Positions 18,276 to 26,790 of a stretch of 64,000 nucleotides of DNA are shown here, piece after piece. The stretch's first letter is position 1; every line of letters starts with the position of its first letter. The DNA comes from Planctomycetota bacterium (GTDB taxonomy: Bacteria; Planctomycetota; Phycisphaerae; WQYP01): the NCBI GenBank assembly GCA_021805985.1, contig JAJZDN010000019.1, positions 4,947-68,946 on the forward strand. Direction: 5' to 3'. The position numbers and the translations under genes are program-made. Below the pieces are notes generated by a model. It saw only the letters and a program-made list of their open reading frames with translations. It was not told the DNA's origin and searched no databases.

Positions 18276-19967
18276 ATGAAGACAATGCCATTTATACAAC
18301 CCAATGATTCATCGGGCTACGTGGTATTGAATTTGTCACCGAGATTCTGGCTGCTGGTTGTGTTCACCGGTATCGGTGCCGGACTGGGGGCGTCGTTGCT
18401 GATGGCATTGCTGGCGGTGGTGCAGCATTGGTCTTATTCCTACAATTCGGGTGATTTTCAGAGTGCCGTAGAACTGGTGTCACCTTGGCGGCATGTCTGG
18501 ATAATGGCGGCTGCTGGTCTGTTGGCAACCGTTGTGGTCTGGCTGTTGAAGCACTATTGGCCGGGAAAGGATAGTGACGTTCCTAAATCGATTTGGTTCA
18601 GGTCCGGCCACTTGCCCGTCGTTCGCACGATCATCGATGCCGCACTATCGATGACCCTTGTTGGCATGGGCGAATCGCTGGGGCGGGAAGGGGCACCTAA
18701 GCAATTGGGTGCCGCCGTTGCCAGTGTACTTTCCCGTTGGGCTAAATTGGAACCAGCGGAGAAGCGATTTCTAGTCGCGTGCGGAGCCGGCGCGGGTATG
18801 GGCGCTGTCTATAATGTGCCGCTCGGTGGTGCCCTGTTTGCACTTGAGATATTGCTGGGAACTCTGGCATTGCCGCTGATTCTTCCCGCGTTAACAGCTT
18901 CCTTCGTGGCCACTGTGGTTTCCTGGCTAACGCTGACCAACCATGCGACTTATCTGGTGCCCAATTATACTTTTACAGCCGGCCAACTGGTCTGGGCGCT
19001 GGCCTTCGGCCCAATGGCTGGCATTGCATCCGTCTTATTTGTACGTTTGATTATTTGGGCGGATGGGCATAAACCGCAGCGCGGCTGGGCCAGGATGGCA
19101 CCGCTTTGGATGTTTACACTGTTGGGATGTGTCGCTATTGCATTTCCGCAGCTATTGGGCAATGGGAAGGACGTCACCGAATTAACATTTACCAATAAAC
19201 TGGGCCTGCCGCTGCTGCTGATTCTGATTTTCCTCAAACCACTGGCCACCGCCGGTTGCCTGGGTAGCGGCGCGCCAGGTGGTCTGTTTACACCCAGCAT
19301 TACCATCGGAGCCGTATTCGGCGGATGTTTTGGCCGCCTCTGGTCGCTTATCTGGCCAGGTGCAACGCCGGGGAGTTATGCCGTCATTGGCGCCGGCGCG
19401 GTGTTGGCTGCAACAACGCAAGCCCCGGTTTCTTCAATTGTGCTGCTGCTTGAGCTTACGCATCATACGCTGGGTATTTTCGTGCCGATTTTGTCAGCAG
19501 CGGTCGGCGCGGGGCTAACGGCACGGCTCTTGGATCGACGGTCGGTGTACTCCGGTCCGGCTGACACGATTCGTCCGGCGATAAAAATGCCGCCTGAGAA
19601 CCTGGAGATTTCATATAAAGCGAGCATCCGTTCAAATATTGAAGTCATTTCAATATCTACCGGTTACCGAACCATTTTGCGGCGGTTTCTGAATTCCGAC
19701 CACGTGCCGAAAATTCTTTACGTCCTGGACGAAAAAGGCGTTTTTGTCGGTCGTATTCTACTGCCGGATGTGGTTGCGTGCCGCCCATTGGCCCGCGTTC
19801 TGGATACCGGCGCGGCGGCTGATATGGTAACACCCGTGAGTTGCCTGCTTCCGCAAATGACTCAGGCTGATGTACAACGCCAAGTGGATTGTGAGCCAAC
19901 GGGAGAACTTCCGGTTCTCGATACCCCGGGCGGCCATCTATGCGGTGTGGTCAGGCGAAATGTATAA
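18276..19967 (+). CDS. ClC-family chloride channel / H+-Cl- antiporter with C-terminal CBS pair
   Basis: 563 aa. The GESLGREGAPKQLGAAV selectivity-filter motif (GREGx), multiple TM helices and a C-terminal soluble ~130 aa consistent with CBS domains. Confidence 0.85.
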   Translation: MKTMPFIQPNDSSGYVVLNLSPRFWLLVVFTGIGAGLGASLLMALLAVVQHWSYSYNSGDFQSAVELVSPWRHVWIMAAAGLLATVVVWLLKHYWPGKDSDVPKSIWFRSGHLPVVRTIIDAALSMTLVGMGESLGREGAPKQLGAAVASVLSRWAKLEPAEKRFLVACGAGAGMGAVYNVPLGGALFALEILLGTLALPLILPALTASFVATVVSWLTLTNHATYLVPNYTFTAGQLVWALAFGPMAGIASVLFVRLIIWADGHKPQRGWARMAPLWMFTLLGCVAIAFPQLLGNGKDVTELTFTNKLGLPLLLILIFLKPLATAGCLGSGAPGGLFTPSITIGAVFGGCFGRLWSLIWPGATPGSYAVIGAGAVLAATTQAPVSSIVLLLELTHHTLGIFVPILSAAVGAGLTARLLDRRSVYSGPADTIRPAIKMPPENLEISYKASIRSNIEVISISTGYRTILRRFLNSDHVPKILYVLDEKGVFVGRILLPDVVACRPLARVLDTGAAADMVTPVSCLLPQMTQADVQRQVDCEPTGELPVLDTPGGHLCGVVRRNV

Positions 19968-20469
19968 AAGCGGGTGTGCCGCATTTTCCTTGTCGCACGC
20001 GGGATAGCGGATGTCGGCCGCCAAGTGGACTTTCAATGACGGCCACGCGGCGGCACCGATCGATGTTTTGTTGGCCGCGATAGCAGCATCCGCTTTACCA
20101 TTTCCTGCGCACGTTCGGGGCCAACGGGTTTTCTATTACGTCGAAGACGTCATTATGAATCGCCACATGTTGACTGCTATTGCAGCTTGCGGAGATGCAC
20201 CACGATGTCATATAAATTTTGATTCGTCAGGTTGGCATTACCGCCGAAGGGCGGCATGGCAATGTGCCGGTGATTGGTGGGATTTATAGCGGAGCGACCA
20301 TGCTTGATAACCGTTCACTTTCTGGATATTTGCATAGCCACTGCGACCAGTAGTACAACTACCAGCACGCCCATCACCATCCCCAGCCATGTTCCGCTGC
20401 CCATCCAGGGCATTATCGTATTGCTTGCATGATTCATCATAATTAAGGTCCTTTCATGACCGGCCAACT

Positions 20470-23298
20470 TTAGTTATTCAATGGCATTGCGCCTCGGCTG
20501 GTGGTTGGGCCGGTGCCCGGGTTGCCGCCCGGTGCTGGATGGGTGCTGGGCGGATTCAGGGTGCTGCCGGACGTCCCGCCCGTTGCAGAAATTGTGCTCT
20601 GGCCATGGGACTTGGCTTTGTTGCCCATCATGCCGCCTGGGGCGGAAGATTTGCCTTGGCCACTTCCGGCACTGGCGGCTGTATTGCCCACGTCGCCATT
20701 GCCACCTTGGCCGCTTGTGGAATTACCCGCTGTGCCGCCCGGGGGAGTTGCGCCTGGGCCATTTCCCGTATTACCCGCTGCGCCCGCAGTGCCGCCTGGT
20801 GTGGAAGCTGATCCTTGGCCAGCTGCGGAGTTGCCGGCGGCAGCGCCGTTTGTTCCGGCGGACGTGCCCTGGTTACTATCCGAATCCTCCCCCTTATTGC
20901 CATTGCTGGCCGTTCCCCTTTGGTCCTTATCAGAACCAGCAGCCGCACCACTTGGAGGGGTGGCACCCTGGCCATTTCCGGAATTGCCGGTTGAGCCAAC
21001 GGCTGCGCCCGGCGTGGAAGATGGGCCTTGAGCATTGGGGGAATCGCCCGTTGAATTGCGTTGTTGTGAATTTCCACTTTGGTCATTTTTAGAATTACCC
21101 TTCATGCCACCACTGCCTGACGTCCCGGTTTGATTGTTTCCGGAATTTGCTGCTGTGCTACCTTGTCCGGCAGTACCACTTTGGCTGCTTCCAGAATTAC
21201 CCGATGCGCCCGCTGTCCCCGAATTGCCGCTTTGAGCATTGCCCGAATCACCGCCAACTGCGGTCTGCTGGTCAACTGACATTAAAAGTGCCGATTGGCC
21301 GCCGGGAGTGCCAGCTCCGCCTTGAACGCTCGTGGAATTACGCATCATTCCGGCTGTGCCGGTAGATGGGCCGTGACCAGTCTTGGCATGGCCTGGCATG
21401 CCAGTTGTCCCGGAATTTCCATTTCTCCCCGATGCGTTGTTACCACCAGTGTTGGAACTTCCGCTTTGGCCGGCCGCGGAATTACCTGTGCCGGAATTTC
21501 CGCTTTGGCCCGCTGCAGAATTACCACCGGTGCCGGCGGCTCCGCCTTGACCGGCAGCGGAGTTACCAGCAGAACCGGAGTTCCCACTTTGGCTATTTTT
21601 AGAATTACTCTTCATGCCACCACTACCTGATTTGCCGTTTTGATTGTTTCCGGAATTCCCGGCTGTGCTGCCCTGTCCGGCAGTACCACTTTGGCCATTT
21701 TTAGAATTACCCTTCATGCCACCAGTACCTGAGGTCCCGTTTTGGTTGTTTCCAGAATTTCCGGCTGTGCTACCTTGTCCCCCAGTACCACTTTGGCTGG
21801 CTCCGGAATTTCCGGCCATGCCGCCCGCTCCACTTTGGCTGTTTCCAGAATTATTCGCTGCACCATTTGCCCCAGGAGTTGCACCTTGGGCAATTCCTGA
21901 ATTGCGCCCCGCACCGCCGGCAGTGGTTTGCTGGTCAACCGACATTAAAAGTACGCCTTGGCCACCTGCTGTTGAGCCGCCGCTTTGCCCGGCTGCAGAA
22001 AAATTACCTGTTGTGCCACCGGTGCCGGAAGTTCCGCTTTGACCCGCTGCAGAATTACCACCGGTGCCGGCGGCTCCGCCTTGACCGGCGGTGGAGTTAC
22101 CAGCAGAACCGGAATTTCCACTTTGGCCATTTTTAGAATTACCCTTCATGCCACCAGTACCTGAGGTCCCGTCTTGGTTGTTTCCAGAATTTCCGGCTGT
22201 GCTACCTTGTCCCGCAGTTCCGCTTTGGCTGCTTCCAGAATTACCCGATGCGCCCGCTGTCCCCGAATTGCCGCTTTGAGCATTGCCGGAGCCGCTGCCC
22301 GCACCGCCGGCTGCGGTCTGCTGGTCAACCGACATTAGAAGGATCGATTGGCCACCTGGTGTTGAGCCGCCGCTTTGCCCGGCTGTAGAAGAATTACCTG
22401 TCGTGCCACCGGTGCCAGCGGCTCCGCCTTGACCGGCGGCGGAGTTACCAGCAGAACCGGATGTTCCACTTCGGCTATTTTTAGAATTACCCTTCATGCC
22501 ACCACTACCTGATGTCCCGTTTTGGTTGGTTCCGGAATTCCCGGCTGTGCTACCCTGCCCGGCAGTTCCGCTTTGGCTGCTTCCAGAATTACCCGATGCA
22601 CCCGCTGTCCCTGAATTGCCGCTTTGAGCATTGCCGGAAGTGCCCCCGTTGCCACCAGCTGCGCTCTGCTGATCAATCGACATTAAAAGTGCAACGCGTC
22701 CACCTGGCGTCGAGTTTCCGTTTTGCCCCGCTGTGGAGCTACCTGTGCCTGAATTTCCGCTTTGGCCTCCTGCGGAATTACCACCGCTGCCGGAATTACC
22801 CGCTGTGCCAGATGATCCACCCGTGCCAGAAGATGATCCTTGGCCACTTCCCGAGTTACCTGCGGTACTGCCGGCCCCCGAAGTCCCGCTCTGACCCGCT
22901 CCAGAATTGCCCGCTGTGGTGCCTGTCCCCGAAGATGTCCCTTGACCGTTTCCGGATTTACCCATCATGCCACCTGTGCCGGCGGCTCCGCTTTGGCCTC
23001 CTGCGGAATTACCCATTGTGCCGCTTTGGCCATTGCCCATCGTGCCGCCTGTACCGGCAGCGGCCCCTTGACCGGTTGTGGAATTGGTCAAGTTTGGTGT
23101 TGTGTCCGCCGAACCTCTGTTCTGCACATCGCGCACAACCTTATTTTTATCCGAGCGTATTTTTGCTTGGTTCATACTCATCGTAAGATGGGAATTATTG
23201 TTGCCGCTGGCACCCGACACGCGAAACCATCCGCGATCGAACCCCACGACAACCAGAACAAGTACCAGTAAAACCAACAATGTAGATATGATTTTCAT
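20470..23298 (-). CDS. secreted/anchored low-complexity Gly/Ser/Thr/Asn/Gln-rich repeat protein (~940 aa)
   Basis: Start set at ATG 23298 (MKIISTLLVLLVLVLVVVGF signal/anchor) with RBS AAGAGGA. The body is almost entirely G/S/T/N/A/Q with at least four ~120-aa tandem repeats marked by LLMS[VI]DQQ[TS]AAGG. The DNA shows matching tandem repeats between 21270 and 22700. Confidence 0.6.
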   Translation of the reverse strand: MKIISTLLVLLVLVLVVVGFDRGWFRVSGASGNNNSHLTMSMNQAKIRSDKNKVVRDVQNRGSADTTPNLTNSTTGQGAAAGTGGTMGNGQSGTMGNSAGGQSGAAGTGGMMGKSGNGQGTSSGTGTTAGNSGAGQSGTSGAGSTAGNSGSGQGSSSGTGGSSGTAGNSGSGGNSAGGQSGNSGTGSSTAGQNGNSTPGGRVALLMSIDQQSAAGGNGGTSGNAQSGNSGTAGASGNSGSSQSGTAGQGSTAGNSGTNQNGTSGSGGMKGNSKNSRSGTSGSAGNSAAGQGGAAGTGGTTGNSSTAGQSGGSTPGGQSILLMSVDQQTAAGGAGSGSGNAQSGNSGTAGASGNSGSSQSGTAGQGSTAGNSGNNQDGTSGTGGMKGNSKNGQSGNSGSAGNSTAGQGGAAGTGGNSAAGQSGTSGTGGTTGNFSAAGQSGGSTAGGQGVLLMSVDQQTTAGGAGRNSGIAQGATPGANGAANNSGNSQSGAGGMAGNSGASQSGTGGQGSTAGNSGNNQNGTSGTGGMKGNSKNGQSGTAGQGSTAGNSGNNQNGKSGSGGMKSNSKNSQSGNSGSAGNSAAGQGGAAGTGGNSAAGQSGNSGTGNSAAGQSGSSNTGGNNASGRNGNSGTTGMPGHAKTGHGPSTGTAGMMRNSTSVQGGAGTPGGQSALLMSVDQQTAVGGDSGNAQSGNSGTAGASGNSGSSQSGTAGQGSTAANSGNNQTGTSGSGGMKGNSKNDQSGNSQQRNSTGDSPNAQGPSSTPGAAVGSTGNSGNGQGATPPSGAAAGSDKDQRGTASNGNKGEDSDSNQGTSAGTNGAAAGNSAAGQGSASTPGGTAGAAGNTGNGPGATPPGGTAGNSTSGQGGNGDVGNTAASAGSGQGKSSAPGGMMGNKAKSHGQSTISATGGTSGSTLNPPSTHPAPGGNPGTGPTTSRGAMPLNN

Positions 23299-23993
23299 AA
23301 TATTCCTCTTATGTTTCAGCCGCCAAAGGTGACACAAACAAACATCACCTAACTTTCTACCCTTGCAATTCCCATGCCCGGAGAATAATTTGGCCAACTT
23401 TCGTTCGCAGGGCACATGCTGGCACGGCGATCGCGCACTTATCCGCCAACCTGTCGGTGTCAGGGTGTCTGATTGGGCCTTAATGCCGCGACATACCACG
23501 TATTTCACATCTTCGGCACGACGAGACGCTTGGATTATTTCTTTCTGATCAACGGCCCCTTCTTTACGTGGGTCACTAAGACAATAATCCGCCAGGCGGC
23601 ATGATTCCTAAACGAAGGCGCTTGCACGCATCATCGTGTAATTGCATACGTTACAGATGATTTCGCATGTACGGCTTCCGCACAGCGCCCCGTGCGCGGG
23701 ACTGCAACTCATGCAAAGGCGGTAATGTAACTTCAATGCCGCATGGCCTGGGAAACCGTTACAGACACTACCTGTTATTAGCTCTGGTACGGCGTTTGCT
23801 AACTTTATTATGCGGTTAGTGAATGTCTGGAGTCATAGATTCGGAGAAAGAAGAATGACTTTAAGGATTCTATAAAACGAAGAAACCCTACCGGGAGGAA
23901 ATCTATTGTGCCTGACCTGCGTAAGGTGTTGCACAGCGAACTTGCCGGAGCAAAGTAGTAGGAAAAAACCATTAATTTTTAGGAGTACGTATT

Positions 23994-24206
23994 ATGAACA
24001 CGCAGCGCATTGTAGGAATTGTTCTTTTAATCATCGGCATTGCACTGTTATTTACAGGGCTGCATGCCTCGAATTCACTGGGTGATCAAGCGCACAATCT
24101 GGTCTTTGGGCGCTACACGGAAGCCACCGCCTTTTATATCTTCGGCGGCGGCGCGATTGCACTCATAGGGCTGCTCATGGCCGTAATTCCGGGACGCGTG
24201 CGTTAA
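23994..24206 (+). CDS. DUF3185 family small membrane protein
   Basis: 70 aa MNTQRIVGIVLLIIGIALLFTGLHASNSLGDQAHNLVFGRYTEATAFYIFGGGAIALIGLLMAVI, a two-TM pattern typical of DUF3185. RBS AGGAG. Confidence 0.6.
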   Translation: MNTQRIVGIVLLIIGIALLFTGLHASNSLGDQAHNLVFGRYTEATAFYIFGGGAIALIGLLMAVIPGRVR

Positions 24207-24257
24207 GCAAGCGTCTCCCTGGCGGGGGTCGCACGAAGCGCGACGCCCGAAACCCAG

Positions 24258-24309
24258 GAGCCTGTCCGCGTAATAGCCGTCGCAACCCGGCCATTACGCG
24301 GACAGGCTC
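24258..24309. other. 17-bp-stem perfect hairpin (gagcctgtccgcgtaat / attacgcggacaggctc)
   Basis: Read directly; 18-nt loop. Lies 50 bp after the DUF3185 stop and is followed by degenerate REP motifs at 24330-24525. Confidence 0.5.
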
Positions 24310-24797
24310 TTAGATCCCCCGGCGGACCGCATTCATCCTCGGCGCCTCCGCATCGAGCTACGTATTTGCCGTTAGCTGATGCGGAAGCGTCGCGGTAGGA
24401 TGCGGTTCGTTATACTGATTACCGATGCTGCATCGATCTGGATGGCCGCATCGGTCCCGACGCATGAGATCTCTGTATCATCAAACCATATTCCGCCTCT
24501 AACCCAACGCTGCCGCATTGGGCTGGGGGCGATCGTCAGGCTTGGGCATCGAATATAGCGGCGGAAAATAACTGGACCTTTCATCGTCACGCAGAATTGC
24601 AAAACACGAATACGTCTTTCTGGTATGCACTTGGCATGACCGCCCACTTGTTGTGCCCGCCTCATCGCCATGGTCCCCAACTTGAGTCATCAACTTAGCG
24701 CATCACCTTCCGGCATATCTTGGGGCTTACCTTGGGGCCTTGGCAAGGATGCCTTTGCGTGCGATAATCCTTTCTGAAAATTGAACCCGCACTGGAG

Positions 24798-25103
24798 TTG
24801 CATGTGATTATCGCAAAAATTGTCGGCACGGTTGTCGCAACCGTCAAAGATGCCGGTTTCGACGGCAAAAAACTGGTCTTAGCGCATGCTCATGTCCTCA
24901 AAGACGGACAACTTGTGCCGGGGCAGACGGTGCTGGTGGCCAATGATGATCTCGGTGCCGGAGAAGGGGAATTCGTGGTCCTTACGCAGGGCAGTTCCGC
25001 CCGTATGACCTCGAGTATGAAAAGCACCTCCACGGATGCTGTGGTCATCGCGTTAATAGATCGTATCGATGCCAACGGCCAACTGGTTTTTAAACGCAGC
25101 TGA
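24798..25103 (+). CDS. BMC vertex (pentamer) protein, EutN/CcmL/PduN family, paralog 1
   Basis: MHVIIAKIVGTVVATVKDAGFDGKKLVLAHAHVL...DDLGAGEGEFVVLTQGSSAR...DAVVIALIDRID aligns by eye with E. coli EutN (GAGTGEWVLLVSGSSARQA...VDLCVIGIVDEV). RBS GGAG 5 nt upstream. Confidence 0.8.
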   Translation: MHVIIAKIVGTVVATVKDAGFDGKKLVLAHAHVLKDGQLVPGQTVLVANDDLGAGEGEFVVLTQGSSARMTSSMKSTSTDAVVIALIDRIDANGQLVFKRS

Positions 25104-25143
25104 AATAATGTGTCCGCCTGGCGCGGTCCTCTTGAGGTTCTGT

Positions 25144-25422
25144 ATGTTTATTGCCATGGTTAAAGGCACGGTAACCGCCACCAAAAAGCACCCCTCCATG
25201 GCTGGTGCCCGGCTTTTAATTGTCCAGCCCATTGACGCGATGAGTGGTCAGCCCAACGGGTTTCCGCAAATTGCCGCTGATGTGCTGGGGGCGGCGAAAG
25301 GTATGCGGGTACTGGTGGTAAGTGATGGCCGGGGCGTGCAGGATATGCTCAAAACCGATCACCATTGCCCCCTGCGGCTAGGTATCATGGCCTTAATTGA
25401 TCCGCCCGCGGGCGGCAGGTAA
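25144..25422 (+). CDS. BMC vertex protein, EutN/CcmL family, paralog 2
   Basis: MFIAMVKGTVTATKKHPSMAGARLLIVQPID...ADVLGAAKGMRVLVVSDGRG...LGIMALIDP has the same fold signature. Start chosen at ATG 25144 after GAGG. Confidence 0.7.
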   Translation: MFIAMVKGTVTATKKHPSMAGARLLIVQPIDAMSGQPNGFPQIAADVLGAAKGMRVLVVSDGRGVQDMLKTDHHCPLRLGIMALIDPPAGGR

Positions 25423-25460
25423 CGCAGCAGCTGACGCCCGGCAGTATTTTGGAATAACGT

Positions 25461-25727
25461 ATGTATTTAGGTAAAGTCATTGGTCGAATTGAAGCTCGCA
25501 TTCGGCTTCCAGGCTTGGAAACCCAGCGCCTTGTATTGCTTGAGCCGTTAGATTTTAATCAACAACCCATTCGCTGGACTATCCTGGCGGTAGATGTCAC
25601 GGGTGCTTCGGAGGGGGCGCTGGTGGTATATGAAGAGGGGCGCGAGGCGGCCAATCCATTTGATCCACCGCTGGCAGTCGATGCCTGCATCGTGGCGATT
25701 GTCGATGATTATCAATACCAGGCTTGA
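25461..25727 (+). CDS. BMC vertex protein, EutN/CcmL family, paralog 3
   Basis: MYLGKVIGRIEARIRLPGLETQRLVLLEPLD...VDVTGASEGALVVYEEGREAA...DACIVAIVDD. Confidence 0.7.
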   Translation: MYLGKVIGRIEARIRLPGLETQRLVLLEPLDFNQQPIRWTILAVDVTGASEGALVVYEEGREAANPFDPPLAVDACIVAIVDDYQYQA

Positions 25728-25742
25728 GACATCGGAGTCGGC

Positions 25743-26717
25743 ATGGGGTCCATATTCGCTGTTTTTCAAATTATGCGCGTTGCTCTGGCGTTCACGGCGG
25801 TGGCGGACGTCTGGACGCTGATGCTTCTCAAAATTCCCGGACAAAAACCCATCAACGACCCAATCGCTGAATTTGCCCTGGCGGCCTTGGCGTCGTTTTT
25901 CCTTTACACCTTCGGCATGGCTCTTAATGATCTGCTGGACTCGCGCCGCGATCGTCTTTTTGCCCCCTGGCGGCCCATTCCCAGCGGACGGCTTAGTGTG
26001 CCGGCGGTCATTGTACTAAGTTTGGTGCTGATGCTCTTAGGTTTATTTTCCGCAACGTTGTTATCCTGGTTTGAACCCCTGCACTTTCCCGTCGCTTTGA
26101 TGCTGGCTATGACCGTCAGCCTGATGATTGTTTTTTATAACGCCACGGGGAAATATCTCGGATACATCGGCTTTATTGCTCTAGGCCTGATTCGCGGCGT
26201 GAACTGCCTGATTGGTCGGCCCAATGCGGGATTTTTAATTTTATCGTTGTTTCTCTTTACCCACATCGCCGTGGGTACCGCTATATCCTACCGTCTGGAA
26301 TCCAAACGTCCGCGGCTGCGAATTGCCGGCATCTGGAAACTCTTAGGCTCGGTTGCCTTGATCGATGCCGTCGCAATTTTAATCATGCTGCTGCGCGGCA
26401 GTATCACACGCAGCGTGCTTATGGACGCCTTGGGGCCGGCCGTGGTGGCTGTGATTTACTTCAGTTGGGTCGGGCGACAAATATTTAATCATCATGAAGC
26501 ACCGAGAAAACGCGGTGAGCGCATCATGCTGGTGGGGTTATTTACCCTCTTCGCCTATGACGCTTCTCTGTTGGCCGCTAACGGGGCGTTTCATGGAATG
26601 GCAATAATATTGGCGCTGGCGGTTGTATCCTGCATCGCGTTCTGGGTCATGCGACTGGCCGGAAAAGGTCTCACGGTTGGCCGCCCACGCTACCGTATTC
26701 GCGCCGGGCGCTCATGA
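25743..26717 (+). CDS. UbiA-family membrane prenyltransferase
   Basis: 324 aa with ~8 TM helices and the NDLLDSRRD motif (NDxxDxxxD, the Asp-rich prenyl-diphosphate site of UbiA enzymes). It starts 16 nt after paralog 3. RBS GGAGT. Confidence 0.6.
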   Translation: MGSIFAVFQIMRVALAFTAVADVWTLMLLKIPGQKPINDPIAEFALAALASFFLYTFGMALNDLLDSRRDRLFAPWRPIPSGRLSVPAVIVLSLVLMLLGLFSATLLSWFEPLHFPVALMLAMTVSLMIVFYNATGKYLGYIGFIALGLIRGVNCLIGRPNAGFLILSLFLFTHIAVGTAISYRLESKRPRLRIAGIWKLLGSVALIDAVAILIMLLRGSITRSVLMDALGPAVVAVIYFSWVGRQIFNHHEAPRKRGERIMLVGLFTLFAYDASLLAANGAFHGMAIILALAVVSCIAFWVMRLAGKGLTVGRPRYRIRAGRS

Positions 26718-26790
26718 ATTTCACTCACTATGTCCGTTGAAAGTTAGCCACTATGCGCCACAGCCTGCGCGATTGGCTGCCCGCCCTTTA

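Noticed and set aside
18073-18291. 72-aa minus-strand ORF upstream of the ClC gene
   Set aside because: Antisense to a more plausible plus-strand small TM peptide with an RBS. Composition (Thr/Ala runs) looks like an antisense artefact.
20011-20289. 92-aa plus-strand ORF after the ClC gene
   Set aside because: No RBS, no recognisable motif, atypical composition. A 41-aa minus-strand membrane peptide (20320-20445) with an RBS is an equally weak alternative. Neither reported as a feature.
20481-23271. Many Pro/Arg/Cys-rich ORFs (e.g. 20481-21092, 20501-21031, 22512-23186) on both strands
   Set aside because: Alternative-frame and antisense readings of the highly repetitive Gly/Ser-rich gene. 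Low-complexity repeats keep all frames open.
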